From Octopus sinensis (Eukaryota): DNA of 64,000 nt. Each line of letters opens with the position of its first letter. Within the stretch, counting starts at the first letter, position 1. The notes below the pieces were generated by a model. That model did no database searches, had not been told where the DNA came from, and saw only the letters and a list, made by a program, of their open reading frames with translations. The position numbers and the translations under genes are program-made. Of the stretch, positions 62,191 to 64,000 are shown one piece after another. The stretch lies in contig NC_043001.1 of assembly GCF_006345805.1 (NCBI RefSeq), positions 108,314,001 through 108,378,000 on the forward strand. Direction: 5' to 3'.

Positions 62191-64000
62191 CAGTATTGTC
62201 CAGTAGAGTTGACCTGCCTTTTAATAATAATAATGAAATTATTGTGCATAGAGCTCAGGTGAACTACAACTCGTTAAAGGTACACATACAGTACCTAGAA
62301 TTACGTACAAAAATCAGGAAAGGGAATGGAGTGAGAGTTATGATATACATGTGTGCATGTGTATGGAGGGGGGGATATCAGGTGTGGTGTTCGTCAATTT
62401 CAGGAAGCATGGAGGTTTTAAAGGATGCAATGTCTTAGCAACTAACAACTGATGCAGGTAGCTTGTTCCACGCTTCAGTAACTCTGAGTGTCAAAAAAAA
62501 AAATGTTTCTGAAAGTCATGGGAGCTGTGCTGTTTTCTGACTTTGTAGGCATGCCCACGTGTGTTTTACCCTCCCAGAGTTGATAAATTAAGAACCAAAA
62601 ATATACTGGAGGGAGGGATGATTTAATCAACTGCCCCCTCCCTCAAATTTTATGGTTACACACTACATATGTTAAAAATCAATATCTTAAGAAAGAAAAA
62701 CGCAAATGAGCTCCAACATATCTATTCGCTCCCCTTAAAAAACTTGAAGATTCTGTGCCAGGTTTACTGAGCTTATACAAGGAATGGCTGTGTGGTAAGA
62801 AGCCTGCTTCCCAACCACATGGTTCTGGGTTCAGTCCCACTCCATGGCACTTTAGGCAAGTTTTTTCTACTATAGCCTCGGGCCAACTAAAGCCTTGCAA
62901 GTAGATTTGGTAGATGGAAACTGAAAGAATCCTACCATATCACCATCATCATCATTTAATGTCCATCTTCCATGCTAGCATGGGTGGGACAGTACCACGT
63001 GTGTGTGTGTGTGTGTGTGTATGTGTGTATGTGTGTGTGTATGTATGTGTGTATGTATGTGTGTATGTATGTACATATGTACACACGTATGTATGTATTT
63101 ATGTGTCTGTGGTTGTCCTGCCAACATTACTTGACAACTGACATTGGTGTTTTTACGTCCCCGTAATTTAGCTACAGCAGAAAATACTTGCCCAAGGTGC
63201 CAAACTGTAAGACTGAACCGAGAACCACGTGGTTGGGGAAGCAAGCATCTTACACACAAAGCCAATGTTTGTAGCTGATTGGATTAAACCCAGTATATTA
63301 CTGGTTCTTTTTTCATCAAATCTGAAAGTGTCAAGCTGAAAGACAAATGCCAGTACTCTGTGACATTTAAAACTCCAAACTGTGAAGGAGAGAAACAAAA
63401 CTAAATAGATGTAATGCATTGAGTTGTGTGAACTTTTCAATCAGCCGCCTACACAGCTTTTTACATTATTAAATTCTATAAATAGTTCTTAACATTTCTT
63501 CTTTATATATACAATTCTCTCAGTTCCCATTAATAATTCCTCTTAAAGCAAAAACTTGCTCCTATTTGAAAAATTCTCCCCTACCTTCCTCAACATGGAA
63601 AAAAAAATGTCATAATAAGTCGTATGAGTATAATAGCAAGAATTAAGAAAATGTAGATAGAGGTTCTTACTGTAGTGTTTATATATAATTCTTGGAATTT
63701 TTATTTTGATTTTTTATTGTGATTATGTTCATGGTATTTACAGACACTTAAAAGCCTGGTTGGTTTTATTAGATGTTTAGAAGTCAAGTGGGCTTGACGA
63801 ATTTAACAGAGCCTTAACATTACAGTGGCTTTGATTATACATATTTAACCTTGGCAGAGGCCACACAAAGAGAGTGGATTCAAAGAAAGTGGTGAAAGAA
63901 AATCTGTGTCAGCAAAGATTAAGCTAAAACTGTCTGAGAGTGAAGATGATTAGGGAGAGTGCTTTTGTCATTTACTTTCCTACAGCTCAAGCAACGACCC

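Overview
AT-rich, repeat-saturated animal genomic DNA. The repeat families look like those of an octopus or other coleoid cephalopod; this is recognition from memory, not a database result. No host gene can be called with confidence, and most ORFs in the track are microsatellite or repeat artefacts. The window holds a 5'-truncated RTE-clade LINE with an uninterrupted 723-codon frame and a PHD-finger-like insert (24786-27470, +), a frameshifted Tx1/L1-clade LINE embedded in TAGA/CAGA microsatellite (16241-18792, -), a mariner fragment folded back on itself, Helitron-like and piggyBac-like MITEs, and dozens of copies of at least four tRNA-derived SINE families plus RTE 3'-tail elements. My family labels A, B and D are working names. 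The most interesting signals are minimal type I hammerhead-ribozyme motifs in several unrelated repeats (core-intact at 47652-47687; a ~380 bp palindrome with one in each arm at 52870-53252), a twin-priming inversion of an RTE tail with a 12 bp TSD (42297-42749), and tandem 66 bp and 42 bp arrays grown inside RTE-derived elements. Repeat boundaries are approximate (about 10-20 bp), and some indels may be assembly errors.
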